In this document: positions 1 to 10,162 of the stretch, in pieces
How positions within the stretch are numbered: position 1 is the first letter of the stretch
Layout: every line of letters starts with the position of its first letter
Source of the DNA: Pseudogymnoascus verrucosus
Lineage: Eukaryota
Strand: one strand, 5' to 3'
Assembly (NCBI GenBank): GCA_001662655.1
Contig: KV460217.1
Length of the DNA: 64,000 nt
The notes under the pieces: generated by a model
What the model saw: only the letters and a program-made list of their open reading frames with translations
Told to the model about the DNA's origin: nothing
Database searches by the model: none
Position numbers and translations under genes: made by a program

Positions 1-1480
1 GTATCATGCCACTCGTCGTTATCATCTATATTTTCAGCTACCTCGATCGGAATAGCGTGAGTGAAGCTACTTCTCCCTATTCCAACCTTAATGCTGATGA
101 GATTATTAGATAACTCAAGCTCGTTTGTATGGTTTGCAAGAAGATACCAACGTTACCGGTGCAGTATACAACACTGCTATTGCCATCTTCTCTGCTGGAT
201 ATGTCATTATGCAATTGCCCTCCACAGTCATAATGACCAAAGTGCGTCCTTCTATCTACCTGGTAAGCCATACATGCATGTCATTCTGAATTTTGGCTTT
301 TTGCTCACTCAAGTAGCCATGTTGTATGATTGCATGGGCCATTGTCAGCGGCTCAACAGCTGCAGCATCAAGTCCTGCAGGCCTCCTTGTTGCCCGATTC
401 ATGCTCGGGCTAATCGAAGCTCCCTTCTATCCTGGTGCAGTCTACTTCCTCTCCTGCTGGTATACAAAGAAGGAACTTGGTATACGGATGGCATTCCTCA
501 TCTCGGGCCTCCTTCTCTCCAATGCCTTCGCTGGTCTTATCTCATCTGGCGTCCTCTCCGGTATGGCCGGCGTCGGAAATCTGGCTGCTTGGCGCTGGCT
601 CTTTATTCTTGAAGGGCTAGCAACTATCGCAATCGCCCTAGTGGCTCTTGTCTTTCTCCCGGACTATCCTGCTACAACTAAATGGCTTAGCGAAGAAGAA
701 ACCATCGTCGCCCAAGGCCGCTTAGCCAAGGACGCGGGTAGCGACGATGTCTTGGACGAGGAGAAAGTCCCTATGCTCCAGGGCATCAAATGGGCACTGC
801 AAGATCCGCGTACCTGGATGTTTGCCTGCTTGCAGATGTGTGCTTCGGCTGCCATCTCATACTCTCACTTCTTCCCGACTCTAATCTCCCAACTAGGATT
901 TACCAACAACACTACCACATTATTGCTGACCTCTCCCCCATATCTCTTCGCCTTCCTTTGGTCACTAGGCCTTGCCCTCAATGCAGACAAGATGCAAACT
1001 CGGTCGCCGCACGCGGCCATCTCAATGCTCGTCGGCATGGTTGGCACCATCCTATTGATTGCCGTACCCATCCACTATAAATACCCCCGTTACGCCTTCA
1101 CCTTCCTCGTGGCCTCGGGGTCCTTCGGTGTTTACTCCTCCACATATACCTGGCTCTCCTCTACGATCGTCCGTCCACCCGTCAAGCGCGCCGCCGCCAT
1201 CGGTATCGCCAACACTATTTCTAACACAGCAGCGCTGTTTGGCGGCTACTTCTGGCTTGACATTTACTCCCCAGCCTTCCGCGAGTCGTGGGGCTGCGAG
1301 TTGGCCTTCATGGTTTTGGGGCTGGCGTGTATCCTGACGCTGAGGCTGGTGCTGCAGAGGGCCAATAAGGCGTTCGATAAGTTGGCGGCCGAGATTGACC
1401 CCAATGATAGTGTTGCTATGGCGGCTCTGGATGATGATTCACGGCGTGCAGTACAAAATGGGTTTAGATATATTATTTGA
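1..1480 (+). CDS. MFS transporter, anion:cation symporter (Dal5/Tna1-like) family; 5' end lies outside the window
   Basis: Spliced reading gives YLDRNSITQARLYGLQED (intron 57-109); second intron ~263-317. Typical ACS motifs ARFMLGLIEAPFYPG, WYTKKELGIR, AWRWLFILEG, LPDYP; stop at 1480. Confidence 0.9.
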
Positions 1481-2365
1481 GCGAGCTGTTATTTATATGC
1501 AATGGGGGAAAGTTAGTTTAGCTCTAATTGGATTAAATGTAGATTAGATTGCATGCCTTCAACCTCCTACCGGAGAATAGAAGAAATATTTCTGATCGTT
1601 GAATTGGCCCCTCACAGCACCGGTAAAACTTTATATGGGAGAATGTTCTATCTTGATGCAACAAGAGCCGTCTCCAAACCCTGACCGAGCCCTTCGACGT
1701 CTGATATAATATGGTTCCTATATTATAGCACGATGGTTAGTGATGGGGTCTGTGGAGAAGCTGGAAACTAAGTTTAGAAATGGCAATGCTCATTTCTGGA
1801 ATCATTGGCGTGCTTCGGCCTCTCCATCTAATGGTATAATGGAAACGTACCCACGAGATTTGGATCCCATTATAGTAATGCATTTCAATCTCGTATACTC
1901 CATCCGCGTTTATTTATTGTGGGATTCTCATTAGGACAGTAGTAGGACTTTGCGTAGCCCGAGACTCGTATACTAAAGGTCAGGCCGTCATAAATCCCAA
2001 ATAGCATCGCAGTTGTTGTTTCGCACGCGTCAGCGTAGCGGGGCAATTGCCATGGTATCAGCACCATGGATGCACTAGTGACACTGCTGTCGGGCCTACA
2101 TGCAACTAGCTCTACCCCGCCGGAGATCTACTCCCCGGATTTTCCCACGCGGGGATTCACTCGCCAAACTCCTTTGGCTCCGCCGTCCCGGGAATTTACT
2201 CCCCGATGCTGTGGTATATCACCTTCTTCTTTCTCATTGGAGGAGTACTTATCGGCACTATTCATTTTACTCCCTATAAGAAGTCATACTTAGAGGATTG
2301 TCTCAGTTCCGTGACCAGTCCATTTATTTGATCTCTTTGCCTAGCATCGCCAAATATCCAGTGCC

Positions 2366-3304
2366 ATGGCCAACTCCAAACCAACCTCGGGAGACTTTAC
2401 AAAAACCCCAACCTGGCTCGACTGGTACGAAGGACCAACCACCCCAGCATTCAAACTCCCCCCCGGAGCCGTCGACTCCCACTGTCACGTCTTCGGTCCG
2501 GGCTCGGAATTCCCATACGCCCCTGAGCGCAAATACACGCCGTGCGACGCATCAAAAGCTCAGCTCTTTGCGGTCCGCGACCACCTCGGTTTTTCCCGCA
2601 ACATCGTCGTGCAAGCAACCTGTCACGGCGCCGACAACAGCGCGCTCATCGATGCCTGTTCCTCCAGCGGCGGGCGCGCCAGAGGAATCGCTACCGTGAA
2701 GCGCAGTGTCTCCGATGCCGAGCTAGCCCAGCTCCATGAGGCCGGTGTGCGCGGCGTACGATTTAACTTCGTCAAGCGGCTGGTGGATTTTACGCCCAAA
2801 GACGAGTTGATGGAGATTGCAACGCGAATTGAGCGGCTTGGCTGGCACGTCGTCATTTACTTTGAAGCACAGGATCTGCCCGAGCTATGGGACTTCTTTA
2901 CCGCGCTGCCGACTACCATTGTAGTGGACCATATGGGACGGCCTGATGTCTCAAAGCCAATTGATGGGCCTGAGTTCTCACTGTTTTGCCGATTCATGCG
3001 CGAGCATCCCAATGTGTGGACGAAGGTTTCCTGTCCAGAACGGCTAACTGTTAATGGGCCGCCAGCGCTAGATGGCGAACGTAGTGCGTACAGAGATGTG
3101 GTGCCATTTGCACGCGCTCTGGTAGAAGAGTTTCCAGATAGGGTTTTATGGGGAACGGACTTCCCACATCCTAACCTCAAGAGCCACATGCCGGATGATG
3201 GCTTATTAGTAGACTTTATACCATGGGTTGCTGTGACTCCTGAATCAAGGCAGAAGTTATTGGTTGATAACCCAATGAGATTGTATTGGCCAGAAGAGAT
3301 TTGA
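2366..3304 (+). CDS. ligI: 2-pyrone-4,6-dicarboxylate lactonase (LigI/PmdD-like amidohydrolase), intronless
   Basis: Motifs DSHCHVFGP, PERKYTPCDA, VVQATCHGADN, GVRGVRFNFVKRLVD, VDHMGRP, KVSCPER, LWGTDFPHPN, MPDDGLLVD and KLLVDNPMRLYW match bacterial PDC hydrolases as I recall them. Confidence 0.92.
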   Translation: MANSKPTSGDFTKTPTWLDWYEGPTTPAFKLPPGAVDSHCHVFGPGSEFPYAPERKYTPCDASKAQLFAVRDHLGFSRNIVVQATCHGADNSALIDACSSSGGRARGIATVKRSVSDAELAQLHEAGVRGVRFNFVKRLVDFTPKDELMEIATRIERLGWHVVIYFEAQDLPELWDFFTALPTTIVVDHMGRPDVSKPIDGPEFSLFCRFMREHPNVWTKVSCPERLTVNGPPALDGERSAYRDVVPFARALVEEFPDRVLWGTDFPHPNLKSHMPDDGLLVDFIPWVAVTPESRQKLLVDNPMRLYWPEEI

Positions 3305-3806
3305 AAAGAGGAATATAGCGCGGATCTGAAGGACAACTACGGGTGGCGCAGCTCAGAACTTCACGTCCAGTTCGGAGTAGGTTTCTAGCAAAGCCCTCAC
3401 CTGCAGGACTTCGTCTGCAGCTGTGGCACGTTATACAGTATAACAGTCCATAACACTCTGTTGCCTAGGCCCCTCGCCAATCGAAAGGATACATAAGTGA
3501 TAAGGGCTGCATAGAAGGTTACGGGGGGGGTAGCAGCCTCCAGAGGGGCAAACGTTCCTCATCGTGATTTCAGAGAACAGCCTTGTTCAAGATTACTAGT
3601 AGCTTACCACAAAAACAATTCTTTTTCTACTACTACCTGTGTATTGCTACTACACTTATGGTCTATAGGCCCTATTCTATCTTCATCTTAATAATACAAT
3701 GACTTCCGAAACAGGCTTTAACCAATTCTATTCGAGCTAGGAAGTTAATAGGGCCATCGAAAATCTGCTGCGGCTATATCTTACTATAGTGTGAGAAAGA
3801 AATATA

Positions 3807-6323
3807 TGTTCCGGCCCAACCGTCAGATCGGCCAGCTCGCGAGCTGGCCGGCCCAACCGCGAAGTGGCGGTGTAGAATTGTATCGTAGAAATTGAAATCC
3901 TACCTCCTACCTCCTACAACTATAGTATAGTATAGTAATTATGGCTACTATTACTTCAATTACTCCATTTCCATTTGACGTACGCACTGCTTTTGAGGCC
4001 TATATAAGCAGCCCTACTTACTACAATCGAGAGCAATTCTCACACGAAAAATGGAGCCAAATACACACTATACTCGAGGATCCAGCTGCTTTTATTCCGC
4101 ATAATAAAGAGAGTACAAACCTAAAGCACCATACACTCTCTAGCTTTAAGCTTGTTAATAATAAGCTATATAAGCAGAGTGATAGGCGGAGTGATAAGCA
4201 GCACCTACGAGCTGTAGTTCAAAAGGCTGAGGTGTTTGATGTTATTGCACAAGAGCACCTTAAGCTTCTACACGCAGGTCGGAATAAGGTATGGCCTACT
4301 ATTAAGCAAAAATACTATGGAATAAAGCGAGAGGATGTAGAGTTTATACTTAAACGGTGTAAGAATTGCACTTTGAATAGGCCGAACACTACAAAAGCTC
4401 CCTTAGTTCCTATTATAAGTGGACGGGCGTGGGAGAGGGTTCAAATCGACTTAATTGATATGCGCCACGAGCCTTCAGGGCAGTATAAGTGGATTCTTCA
4501 TATAAAGGATCACTTCTCAAAGTATACACAGCTATACCCATTGAAAAGCAAGCACGCAGAGCCTATTGCAGAGTGCTTTGCTCAATTTATTGCAGCTTTC
4601 CTACCTCCGAAGATTATGCAGGCTGATAATGGGAAGGAATTTAAGGGGGCTCTCTTACTCCTACTACGGAAGTATGGAATACAGGTGGTAAATGGAGCAC
4701 CACGGTCGCCACAAACTCAGGGCCTAGTCGAGCAGGCTAATGGGGTTGTTGAGAATAAGCTCCGGGCATGGAAAATGGATCATGGGTCTACAGAATGGAA
4801 GGATGGGCTATTAGAGGTTACACTTGCTATGAACACCCAAATCCACTCTACAATTGGGTGTGCACCAGCTGAGCTTCTGTTCCGGGAACGGAGCTCATAT
4901 ATCAATTGGCTCGATAGCCAGGCCCGGAAGGATCTAACAATTGGAATTGAGCAGGAGGACCCAGCTATGGGCCCTATTTTCGAGAGCGACCTCCAGTCTG
5001 AGCTTGAGTCCGAGACAGAAGCTCTAATCGACCCACAGCTCCAGCAAGTCCCTGAGCCTAGCTCTAGCTCTGAGCCTGAGCGAGAGCTCGATTCTAGGCT
5101 TCGAGCCCAGCCTAAAAACCGAGCTAGAGCCACAGCCCAGCACCAGCAAGCCCCTAAGCCCAGAATCGAGCACTCTAGCTCAGAGCTCAATTCTGAGCCC
5201 AGCTCTAGCTCTGAGCTCGAGCTAGAGCGAGAGCTCAATTCTGAGCTCTCTCGTCTAGTTCCTACTCGAGCTCAGGCTCGAGTACTGGCTCAAATCCAGG
5301 CTGAGCCAGAGTTCTGTCTTGAGCTCGAGAACTCTAGAGCCCAGCGAGCCCCTGAGCCCAGAATCGAGCTCTCTGGCTTAGGGCTCAGAACTCGAACCAG
5401 AGCTGGCGCTAGAGCCCTGATCCAGCTTGGACCAGAGCTCGGAATTGAGCTCTCTAGCTCTAGCCCTAATTCCGAGCCCAACTCTGGCTCAGAGCTTGAG
5501 CCAGAGCCAGAGCGAGAGCTCAATTCCGAGCCCCGGCGTGGGACCCGGGCCCGAGTTCCAGCTCAGCCTAGAACTGAGCTTCAGGCTACACCTGATCCTA
5601 TAATTGAAAGAGCTATAGCAGCCACTCAACGAGCTAGGATTTCTATGGTGCGGAAGTATACAAAGAAGCATGATATTCAGCACTTTGATATAGGAGCAAT
5701 AGTCTCTATAAAGGTTCCTCGAGAGGATAGAACCTCAACTGATAATAAGAGGCTATTTGCACGGATTCTAGAAGAGCCTTACCCTCATAGGTATCGGATT
5801 CTTACAGCTTCTGGTATTATACAACGCCTTATTCCTACAAAATCACTTGGAGTTGTAGAGCAAGCTCTATGGGCTGATATTATAATTCCTACTTCTACAA
5901 AGCAGGTATCATTAGGGCTTGCAGCTAGAGAGGCGTCTACAAGTGCTCGGGTTGGAATATCCTGTCAGTGTAAAGGGCAGTGTAGTACGAAGAGGTGTAG
6001 GTGTTATAAGGAAGCTAAGGAGTGTAGTGTACACTGCCATAACGATGACCATAACTGTGGTAATTTATCAGGTCTTACTACTCGTACGGAAATAGCTTTA
6101 GTTGAAAGGCCTCGGAAACGAGCACGGGCAGACACTGTTGGAAACGTAGCTATATAGATCAATTGAATACTCTTACTTCTAATTAATTGCTCGCGGTTGG
6201 GCCGGCCAGTATATAACATAACCTAAGAGCGCTTAAAAAAGAGAAATGGTTAGTCGATTCCGAAATCTGCCTTGGGTCTCTCTAAAAAGCCGTATCCTGT
6301 ACCTACAGGGTTGGGCCGGAACA
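3807..6323 (+). mobile_element. Complete Ginger-like (integrase-type) DNA transposon, ~2.5 kb
   Basis: Perfect 15-bp TIR TGTTCCGGCCCAACC (3807-3821) / GGTTGGGCCGGAACA (6309-6323), TGT...ACA ends, and a 4-bp TATA TSD (3803-3806, 6324-6327). A second 19-bp inverted pair lies at 3844-3862 / 6191-6209. A single integrase ORF is present, with no RT, gag or LTR. Confidence 0.9.
3941..6157 (+). CDS. Retroviral-integrase-like DDE transposase (KRBA2/SCAND3/Ginger2-like)
   Basis: HHCC zinc motif (EHLKLLHAG...CKNC), rve core (VQIDLID...KDHFSK...QADNGKEF...QGLVEQAN), low-complexity S/E/P/L linker and C-terminal Cys cluster CQCKGQCSTKRCRC...CSVHCH. The 738-aa ORF is uninterrupted. Confidence 0.9.
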   Translation: MATITSITPFPFDVRTAFEAYISSPTYYNREQFSHEKWSQIHTILEDPAAFIPHNKESTNLKHHTLSSFKLVNNKLYKQSDRRSDKQHLRAVVQKAEVFDVIAQEHLKLLHAGRNKVWPTIKQKYYGIKREDVEFILKRCKNCTLNRPNTTKAPLVPIISGRAWERVQIDLIDMRHEPSGQYKWILHIKDHFSKYTQLYPLKSKHAEPIAECFAQFIAAFLPPKIMQADNGKEFKGALLLLLRKYGIQVVNGAPRSPQTQGLVEQANGVVENKLRAWKMDHGSTEWKDGLLEVTLAMNTQIHSTIGCAPAELLFRERSSYINWLDSQARKDLTIGIEQEDPAMGPIFESDLQSELESETEALIDPQLQQVPEPSSSSEPERELDSRLRAQPKNRARATAQHQQAPKPRIEHSSSELNSEPSSSSELELERELNSELSRLVPTRAQARVLAQIQAEPEFCLELENSRAQRAPEPRIELSGLGLRTRTRAGARALIQLGPELGIELSSSSPNSEPNSGSELEPEPERELNSEPRRGTRARVPAQPRTELQATPDPIIERAIAATQRARISMVRKYTKKHDIQHFDIGAIVSIKVPREDRTSTDNKRLFARILEEPYPHRYRILTASGIIQRLIPTKSLGVVEQALWADIIIPTSTKQVSLGLAAREASTSARVGISCQCKGQCSTKRCRCYKEAKECSVHCHNDDHNCGNLSGLTTRTEIALVERPRKRARADTVGNVAI

Positions 6324-6641
6324 TATATTTTTGGCTTAGCGCCTTTTCGAACCAACACCAACAGCTCCCCATACGTCTTCAGACTCTCTTCTCGCCAACT
6401 CCGGAGATGCTATTTGATTTCAAAACTGCAATTACCCAGCCGTCTGACCAGAAGCTGAGAAATCGACATGCTCTGGACGCATTTTATTGCTGCATCGGCT
6501 TGTGCGACAGGATTGGTAATGGGCCAGCTTATTTATCTCGATGGTGACGTCGTATATTGGGCCGGCGCCTATAAATGAATCGTAGTTCTCCGAATACATT
6601 GTCGTAAACTTCTCAACAGAGCACATAATTCATTTGACAAT

Positions 6642-7511
6642 ATGTCTGACACCAAAATATCAACCATCACCGCCGACGGCGTGGACGTTTTCTATCGCAG
6701 CGCTGGTTCTCCCTCGGATCAAGTAATCCTCCTTCTTCATGGGTTTCCATCTTCGTCACACATGTTTCGCAACCTCATCCCTCTACTCTCCAAGCAATAC
6801 CATGTCATCGCGCCCGACCTTCCTGGGTTCGGATTCACGAATGTGCCAGCAGACAAAAAATACGAGTACACCTTTGCGAATCTCACTCTGACGATCGAGG
6901 CGTTCCTGGATGCCCTCAAAGTCCAAAACTTCGCTGTGTATATATTCGATTATGGGGCTCCAGTCGCCTTTCGCCTTGCCCTCAACCGCCCCAAAGCTAT
7001 CACAGCTATCGTCACCCAGAATGGCAATGCATACGAAGAGGGCCTCGGGAAGGACTTCTGGGCGCCAATTCAAGCGTACTGGAAATCTGGCGCCAAGGAG
7101 GATAGAGATAAAATTGACTCCGCCGTGCTTAACTTTGATATGACAAAATGGCAATACACTTTTGGCTCTCCGCACCCGGACTCTATTTTCCCCGAGAGTT
7201 ATTACCTGGATAGTGCACTGCTTGAGAGGCTAGGCAACCACGGAATTCAGCTGGATCTTCTATACGATTATAGAACCAACGTTGCGCTATATCCCCGTTT
7301 TCACAAGTATCTGGAGACCTCAGGCGTCCCAGTTCTTGCTGTGTGGGGTAAAAATGACCCCGCGTTCATTGCACCGGGAGCAGAAGCTTATAAGAATCAT
7401 GTGAAGGATATTGAGATACACTATTTGGATGCTGGGCATTTTGCTCTGGAAACGAATGAAGTGGAGGTTTCAAAGCTGATGGCGGATTTCTTGAAGAAGC
7501 ATAATATCTAG
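6642..7511 (+). CDS. Alpha/beta-fold hydrolase (epoxide hydrolase/haloalkane dehalogenase-like), intronless
   Basis: LLLHGFPSSSHMFR, APDLPGFG, Asp nucleophile elbow IFDYGAP, QNGNAYEEG, WGKND and catalytic His in DAGHFALE. Confidence 0.9.
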   Translation: MSDTKISTITADGVDVFYRSAGSPSDQVILLLHGFPSSSHMFRNLIPLLSKQYHVIAPDLPGFGFTNVPADKKYEYTFANLTLTIEAFLDALKVQNFAVYIFDYGAPVAFRLALNRPKAITAIVTQNGNAYEEGLGKDFWAPIQAYWKSGAKEDRDKIDSAVLNFDMTKWQYTFGSPHPDSIFPESYYLDSALLERLGNHGIQLDLLYDYRTNVALYPRFHKYLETSGVPVLAVWGKNDPAFIAPGAEAYKNHVKDIEIHYLDAGHFALETNEVEVSKLMADFLKKHNI

Positions 7512-7754
7512 CCAAAATATGACGTTGCGGTGCGTGTTTCCGCATTAGGAATAGGCTGATATTAAATAAGTTTGGATATAAATATATGCCTTGATTTCAA
7601 GCCGATCTTTGTTTAACTGTATCAAGCTTCGTAATAGTGCACCAATTCCTCATAATCCCAGTATTTATGGCGCCAAAATTTAAGTTCTTACTGGCCCCTA
7701 CATAAGTAAACTTGGGCTAACTTATCCACAGCCACGATTGATATTTGTCGCGCG

Positions 7755-7828
7755 GCTATAGCTACTGTTTCATGTTTTAAGGTGGGATGTAGCTATAGCT
7801 ACTGTTTCATGTTTTAAGGCGGGATGTA
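7755..7828. repeat. 37-bp tandem duplication (2 copies, 1 mismatch)
   Basis: GCTATAGCTACTGTTTCATGTTTTAAGGYGGGATGTA occurs twice in tandem. Confidence 0.9.
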
Positions 7829-7994
7829 GTTGCTTGAATAGTCCGAAATGAAAGCCCACAATTTACCAATTCTGTAATCTCTTCTCCTTTACCACTCTCA
7901 ATCTATGGCTTCACTACCATCTATTACTATTGAATGTTAACTTGTCAGCAACTATCCATTATCCCGCTATCATTTAAGTTGTCTATTTATCACC

Positions 7995-8945
7995 ATGGCC
8001 GCCCTAAAACTCAACATCGACCTATTAAAATTCCCTGCTTCTGGCGACACAGAGAAGTCCACGCCTGGAACGTCCATATCAGGCATACTATCATCGATCA
8101 AATCAAAACCCAAGCCCTTGGCACCTGACCTAAATATCCCCAAAGGATACGACCCCTATGATTAGGAGTTTTTCTCATAGTCGAAGACTTCCTTCAGCCT
8201 AACAGCAAGATCTCTGTCCAAGAAGCAGCCGACCGTGTCGTTGATATTTTCCCAGCTGAGCATCTTCGTATGATAGCTGTCAACACAGTCTGTCTTGAAT
8301 GTGCCGAGCAGATTCCCTACGCACACCCTTCACATTTAAAGCCTGTTAGGTTGTTATGGGTAATTGGGCGAAGCGGGAAACGGGTCGCAGACAACGGGCA
8401 GAAGGCATGTATTCTTGGTCTATAACGAAAAACTGTGACTAACACAACTGCAGAAGATTTCTGAAGCCATCCACTGTTTTTATCAACAGTTGGGAGAAGG
8501 TATTACCGACGCTAGAATGGACCCTGTTGATGGCGATGCTACCCCGGAGAGATTTGTCAATTTTCACTCCTTCTTGGCCCATCTTATGAACTCGGGCATG
8601 TCCCTTGCCACATCAGAAGACGCGCTGCGAACAATGCGCCTTGTCTTTGAAGAAAGCACTGAAATACAGGACGCTTGGGTCATGGGAGCGGTGCAGTGGA
8701 TATTATGGAGTGGCTAGGTTCTCTTAGAGTCATTACTTTAGCCGTATAATGATGAGAATATTAGAAGTGAGAGAAAGGATGCTCTCGAAAAGTGGCATAC
8801 TTGGAAGGATGGGTTTCGGAAGGTTTCGGTGGACGATGGGCGGCATGGAAAAGGACGATGGGCGGCATGGAAAAGAGTGCAAGGGGATTGCAAAGAAAGC
8901 GGCAGACGTTATGGAGGCCCTGGAGAAAGGAATGCTATTTTATGA
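7995..8945 (+). pseudogene. Decayed DUF3632-like gene, copy 1
   Basis: Starts MAALKLNIDLLK. An in-frame TAG (~8163) and a frameshift precede DFLQP...AEQIPYAHPSH; later FVNFHSFLAHL...AVQWILWSG ends at TAG 8715-8717. A 22-bp tandem duplication (8831-8874) also shifts the frame. Confidence 0.65.
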
Positions 8946-9273
8946 TCTTTTTGGCCGTCTGATTCTCTCTTGCTTATTTTTAGTTGTTGGATTTATGCGG
9001 CTGTTATCGCAATTATCGCCGGCGGCTAATGTTTCATGGCCGCATCTCTGGCCCAGTTTGATGTGGCTGGCATTAGTTCCAACACCAACACGGAATATTT
9101 ATAGCTACCTTCGTGGTTCGCTTTAACCATCCAGTAGTCCTCCCCTTCAAATAATTATCTGCTTTTCACCCTGGTGTACCAGTGGTTATTTCACTCCATA
9201 TTTGTGATACTGGTTATCTTTCACCTCCACACTACTACATCGCATTCAAGTCTTGTTGCTTTATTGTATTACC

Positions 9274-10162
9274 ATGGCAGCACTGAAGCTACACATAAAA
9301 GAGTTGAAATATAGAGGGGCATACATGGGCAACGACGACGAGTCAAGCCGAAGAGCGCGATTATCCAGCCTTTTGGCGTTTTTCAAGCCAAAGCCGACGC
9401 CGCAGTCTGACCTTGATATCCCGAAGGGTATGACGCGATTGACTACAAGTTATTCCTTGTGATTTGCGACTTTCTCCAGCCTGACAGTACCATCTTGCCA
9501 ATCGATGCAGCTGAGCGTGCTATAGGCGTATTTCCATACAAATATCCGGATTCGGCAACTCATTTCAGTCTGCTTTGCAATTGCAGAACAGATCCCTTAT
9601 CATCACCTCTCACATCTAAAACTAGTGCGACTTCTCTGGCTTGTTGGAAAAAGTGCGCGGCATTTTGAGAAGCCATGGCAGAAGGTTTGTGCAGTTACTA
9701 CGCTTATTACAAACTGTTCGGCTAACGGCTAGACAGGATCCAACCACAAGCTCTTCCCACTACCGCATAGCAGAGTTCTACGGACGCTTGGCAGAAGCCA
9801 CCGTAGACTACCATTTTGATCCTGGCACTGATTATGTGGACCTGGCGCAATATGTAAATCATCAAGCGTTTTTATCACTCATAATGGACGGCGCTTCTGG
9901 CTTCCTACGACTAGGATTGTGCTCTATGTTATGAGCCGTACATTTGAAGAGAGTCATGAGAACGAGACTTCCGACATCCGAGACGCGCGGATTATGGGTG
10001 CGGCACAGTGGATTCTGGACTGGGCAATCTCTGATCAAACTACACTTGGATCCAATAGGCAGAATCAGGCACAAAGGGACCCCCATACAGAATATCGAAG
10101 TAACCATAACTACGAAGCCTATCTCCTTAGATATGTGGCACACATGGATGGGCGAGTTTTGA
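9274..10162 (+). pseudogene. Decayed DUF3632-like gene, copy 2
   Basis: Starts MAALKLHIKELK. It shares DLDIPKG, DFLQP, AEQIPYHH.SHLKLVRLLW, YVNHQAFLS and IMGAAQWIL with copy 1, but these blocks lie in different frames. Confidence 0.65.

Noticed and set aside
3941..6157. LTR retrotransposon interpretation of the integrase
   Set aside because: No gag, protease, RT, RNase H or LTRs; the element is bounded by TIRs instead.
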